From positions 2,160,001 to 2,192,000 of the forward strand of contig NC_013967.1 in the NCBI RefSeq assembly GCF_000025685.1: a stretch of 32,000 bases of DNA, written 5' to 3'. The position numbers were made by a program, and so were the translations under genes. Of the stretch, positions 29,162 to 32,000 are shown one piece after another (position 1 is the stretch's first letter; every line of letters begins with the position of its first letter). Origin of the DNA: Haloferax volcanii DS2. Its GTDB lineage: Archaea > Halobacteriota > Halobacteria > Halobacteriales > Haloferacaceae. The notes beneath the pieces are model-generated. The model was given only the letters and a program-made list of their open reading frames with translations, had not been told where the DNA came from and did not search any database.

Positions 29162-29911
29162 TTACGCCTCCTCGTCAGTTCGGTACGCCGCGACGAACTC
29201 GCCGGCGTCCCGGCAGAACGCCGCGGGCTCGTCGGGGAAGTCGTGTTCGACGACGGCCCACTCGACGGGGGTGTCGCCGGCGGTCGCGAGACAGCGGTCG
29301 ATGTCCAGTTCGCCCTCGCCGAGCGGGACGGGTCGCCCGCCGCGTTTCGCGTCGGCGTCGAGTACCACGTCTTTCAGGTGGACGACCGGGGTTCGATCGG
29401 CGTAGCGGTCGATGTACGCGACGGGGTCGTAGCCGGCGGCGAGAATCCACGCGAGGTCGAGTTCGAAACCGATTCCCGACTCCTCGGCGAGCCGGTCGAG
29501 CGCGGGTTCGCCCTCGACCGTGACGAGTTCGTGGTCGTGGTTGTGGTAGAGCAGTCTGACGCCTCGGTCGTCGCACTTCGCGGTCAGGTCGTCCAGCCGG
29601 TGTGCGGTCTCGTCGACCGCGTCGGCGTCGGCGAACGCCTCCGGGGGCAGGAACGGAACGACGAGCGTCTCGACGCCGAGCGCGCCGTAGCGCTCGCAGA
29701 CGGCGTCGAGGTCGGCTTCGAGGTCCTCGATGGGGACGTGGGCGGCGGGTGCGCCGACCCCGGTGTCGTCGAGGGCCGGGCGGACCGCCGCCGCGTCGTC
29801 GACGCCCGCGAACTCCACGCCGTCGAAGCCGGCGTCCGCGGCCCGGCGCACGAGCGCCGCGGTCGACTCGTCGAGGTCTCGAAGCGAGTAGAGCTGGATG
29901 CCGAAGTTCAT
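29162..29911 (-). CDS. sugar phosphate isomerase/epimerase (xylose-isomerase-like TIM barrel)
   Basis: Starts MNFGIQLYSLRD, then GFDGVEFAG, LLYHNHDHEL and FELDLAW, which are typical TIM-barrel AP-endonuclease-2 family strands. The upstream extension to 30025 was rejected as non-homologous and Arg/Gly-rich. Confidence 0.8.
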   Translation of the reverse strand: MNFGIQLYSLRDLDESTAALVRRAADAGFDGVEFAGVDDAAAVRPALDDTGVGAPAAHVPIEDLEADLDAVCERYGALGVETLVVPFLPPEAFADADAVDETAHRLDDLTAKCDDRGVRLLYHNHDHELVTVEGEPALDRLAEESGIGFELDLAWILAAGYDPVAYIDRYADRTPVVHLKDVVLDADAKRGGRPVPLGEGELDIDRCLATAGDTPVEWAVVEHDFPDEPAAFCRDAGEFVAAYRTDEEA

Positions 29912-30045
29912 GTGCGTCCGCTCGTCCGCACCGCTGGAAACTGTTTCGGCGCTCGGTCCGTCGCGGCCGACCGACTGACCGACGGGACCGCCACCCGCGA
30001 CGCGACCGCGACACGGGGAGAACACTGTCGTTCGACACCCGTTGT

Positions 30046-30064
30046 TGAAGAAAATAGTTCTTCA
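30046..30064. promoter_or_regulatory. 7-bp perfect palindrome TGAAGAA-aatag-TTCTTCA in the divergent isomerase / DUF3311-SSS intergenic region
   Basis: Seen directly in the AT-rich part of the 217-bp intergenic region. It is a candidate operator. Confidence 0.3.
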
Positions 30065-30128
30065 GTCAGGGGTAACGTAGGTCAATAGAGTAAGATTTAC
30101 GCATCGTTATCGATTATCGTTCCTACGA

Positions 30129-30344
30129 ATGACGCGAGTGCGCATCGACTACCGCTGGGTTGCCGTCTTCGCAATCCTCGTGACGTTCGCCGTTCCGTGG
30201 TTCCTCTGGGGCGACAGCCGGGTCTTCGCCGGTCTGCCGCTGTGGCTCTGGTGGCACATCGGCTGGATGGGGCTGACCGCCGTCGTCTTCCACCTGTTCA
30301 CCCGGACGGCGTGGGACCGCGGCATCGTCGGGGAGGGTCGCTGA
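30129..30344 (+). CDS. DUF3311-type small membrane protein (SSS transporter partner)
   Basis: 71 aa with two TM helices and a W-rich motif (VPWFLWGD...GLPLWLWWHIGWMGL). Its stop overlaps the ATG of the downstream symporter (TGATG). Confidence 0.75.
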   Translation: MTRVRIDYRWVAVFAILVTFAVPWFLWGDSRVFAGLPLWLWWHIGWMGLTAVVFHLFTRTAWDRGIVGEGR

Positions 30345-31843
30345 TGGTCTCGGCGCTCGGTATCCAACTCGGCGTCGTCGGCGCGTACCTCGTGGTCGCG
30401 CTCGCGGTCGGCCTGCTCGCCTACCGCCTGACCAGCCGCGACGCGGAGGACTACTACCTCGCCGGTCGCTCCATCGGGACCGTCGTCCTCCTGTTCACCA
30501 CGTTTGCGACGCTCCTCTCTGCGTTCACGTTCTTCGGCGGCCCCGACCTCGCCTACCGGGCCGGCCCCGAGTGGATTCTCGTGATGGGCGTCATGGACGG
30601 CGTGCTGTTCGCCATCCTCTGGTACGTCGTCGGCTACAAGCAGTGGCTCGTCGGCCGCGCCCACGGCTACGTCACCCTCGGCGAGATGCTCGGCGACCGC
30701 TTCGGCTCGACCCGCCTGCGCGCCGTCGTCGCCGGCATCAGCCTGTTTTGGCTGTTCCCGTACGTGATGCTCCAGCAGATGGGCGCGGGCGAGGCCATCG
30801 TCGGGCTGACGAACGGGATGGTTCCCTACTGGGCCGGCGCGGCCGGCATCACCGTGTTCATGATTGCCTACGTCGTCATCGCGGGCCTCCGCGGGGTCGC
30901 GTGGACCGACACCCTCCAAGGGCTGTTCATGCTCGGCGTCGTCTGGCTTGCGGTCGGCTGGGTCGCCGCCGCGGCCGGCGGCCCCACGGCGCTGTCGAAC
31001 GCCCTCGCGATCAACAAACCCGAGTTCCTCGCGCTCGGCGGCGGCCTCTACTCGCCGCAGTACATCATCGCGTCGGCCGTCACCATCGCCTTCGGCGTGG
31101 CGATGTTCCCGCAGATAAACCAGCGCTTCTTCGTCGCCAAGTCGGGCGCGGTCCTCAAGCGCTCGTTCGCGCTGTGGCCCGTCCTCGTCGTCCTGCTGTT
31201 CGTCCCCGCGTTCATCCTCGGTACGTGGGCCGCCGGGCTCGGCGTCGCCGTCCCCGAGGGCGCGAACGTCCTTCCGGTGCTCCTCAACGAGTACACGCCG
31301 GTGTGGTTCGCCGCGCTCGTCGTCGCCGGCGCGATGGCCGCGATGATGTCCTCGTCGGACTCGATGCTTCTCTCGGGGTCGTCGTACTTCACCCGCGACC
31401 TCTACCGGCCGTTCGTCAACCCCGACGCGAGCGACGCCCGCGAGGCGTGGCTGGCCCGCATCGGCGTCGCCCTGTTCGCCACGCTCACGTTCGTCGCCAG
31501 CCTGTTCCGGCCCGGCACGCTCGTCTCCGTCGGCGACACCGCCTTCGGCGGGTTCGCCCAGATGGCCCTACCGGTCATTGTCGCGCTCTACTGGGCGAAG
31601 ACGACCCGGACGGGGATGTTCGCCGGCATCCTCGGCTCGCAGGCGTTCTACCTCGCGCACGTGTTCGTCCCCGCGGTCGAAGTCGGCTCCGTGACGCTGT
31701 TCGGCGCGACCTACCTCACGTGGGACTACGCCCTCTGGGGGATGGCGCTGTCGGCGCTTCTGACCGTCGGCGTCTCCGCGATGACCGCCGCCGCGCCCGA
31801 GGAAAACCAGTCCCGGTTCACCGACGGCCTCCGGGCCGACTGA
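30344..31843 (+). CDS. sodium:solute symporter (SSS) family transporter
   Basis: 499 aa and polytopic. The N-terminal region is AEDYYLAGRSIG, with GPEWILVMGV and AMAAMMSSSDSMLL as typical SSS helices. The upstream in-frame extension to 30197 was rejected. Confidence 0.88.
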   Translation: MVSALGIQLGVVGAYLVVALAVGLLAYRLTSRDAEDYYLAGRSIGTVVLLFTTFATLLSAFTFFGGPDLAYRAGPEWILVMGVMDGVLFAILWYVVGYKQWLVGRAHGYVTLGEMLGDRFGSTRLRAVVAGISLFWLFPYVMLQQMGAGEAIVGLTNGMVPYWAGAAGITVFMIAYVVIAGLRGVAWTDTLQGLFMLGVVWLAVGWVAAAAGGPTALSNALAINKPEFLALGGGLYSPQYIIASAVTIAFGVAMFPQINQRFFVAKSGAVLKRSFALWPVLVVLLFVPAFILGTWAAGLGVAVPEGANVLPVLLNEYTPVWFAALVVAGAMAAMMSSSDSMLLSGSSYFTRDLYRPFVNPDASDAREAWLARIGVALFATLTFVASLFRPGTLVSVGDTAFGGFAQMALPVIVALYWAKTTRTGMFAGILGSQAFYLAHVFVPAVEVGSVTLFGATYLTWDYALWGMALSALLTVGVSAMTAAAPEENQSRFTDGLRAD

Positions 31844-31881
31844 CGCCGGGTCGCGCCGGTCCGCTCTGCTCCGCAACGAAC

Positions 31882-31887
31882 CTTATC
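31882..31887 (+). promoter_or_regulatory. TATA-like box CTTATC, 25 nt upstream of the amphi-Trp gene ATG
   Basis: Plus-strand hexamer at about -31..-26. Confidence 0.4.
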
Positions 31888-31912
31888 TGCCTGCGCGAGT
31901 AACCTCCACTCC

Positions 31913-32000
31913 ATGCCCGAAGAAGTGCTGTTCGAGTCCGAGAACCGACAGGCCCGCGCCGAAATCGCGTCGTACCTCCGCACCGTCGCAGACAAACTCG
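31913..32000 (+). CDS. amphi-Trp domain-containing protein, 3'-partial at window edge
   Basis: MPEEVLFESENRQARAEIASYLRTVADKL matches the characteristic N-terminus of haloarchaeal amphi-Trp domain proteins (from memory). A CTTATC box sits 25 nt upstream. Confidence 0.55.
   Translation, partial: MPEEVLFESENRQARAEIASYLRTVADKL

Noticed and set aside
29175-30038. 287-aa Arg-rich ORF in a second minus-strand frame
   Set aside because: It is out of frame with the sugar-phosphate isomerase, which shows the real TIM-barrel motifs. At more than 35% Arg it is a compositional artefact.
30197-30343. Upstream in-frame extension of the SSS transporter ORF
   Set aside because: It overlaps the DUF3311 gene in another frame with Arg-rich sequence. 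The transporter N-terminus MVSALGIQLGVVGAYL.. starts at ATG 30344, coupled to the DUF3311 stop.
1-32000. CRISPR arrays, IS elements/transposases, rRNA genes
   Set aside because: I saw no regularly spaced direct repeats, no DDE/HUH transposase-like ORFs and no rRNA-like conserved stretches on either strand.

Overview
This is a haloarchaeal (class Halobacteria) chromosomal segment with high G+C and an acidic proteome. The gene order resembles Haloferax-type genomes, but that is judged from memory and was not searched. Bases 1 to ~3545 are a visibly lower-G+C block. It looks like the right end of an integrated plasmid- or provirus-like island. It carries two divergent Orc1/Cdc6 paralogs, one lacking its winged-helix domain, around an origin-like AT-rich spacer with inverted 11-mers. 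To the right of the island is a 'scar zone': a restriction-endonuclease-like fusion protein, a 116-codon stub of an amino-acid permease, and an HTH_10 regulator broken by two compensating frameshifts. The remainder is core genome. It contains the aIF5A-agmatinase-NIF3-deoxyhypusine synthase cluster, Hsp20 plus an ABC1 kinase, tandem MoeA genes, and a receiver-HalOD1 regulator. It also contains a HAD hydrolase, PCD, and an ahbAB-sirC-hemA operon for heme synthesis via siroheme, whose TATA box sits inside a perfect 8+8 palindrome. Further right are a catalytic UppS and a motif-complementary UppS-like paralog flanking a Tat-lipoprotein serpin, then DUF92-GNAT, DnaG, a sugar-phosphate isomerase, DUF3311 plus an SSS transporter, and the start of an amphi-Trp protein. 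I saw no rRNA, tRNA, CRISPR array, transposase or integrase. The most interesting candidates are the split-motif cis-prenyltransferase pair with its neighbours, the Orc/origin island, the palindrome-embedded heme promoter and the orphan serpin. All family calls come from motif recognition by eye. No searches or computations were run.
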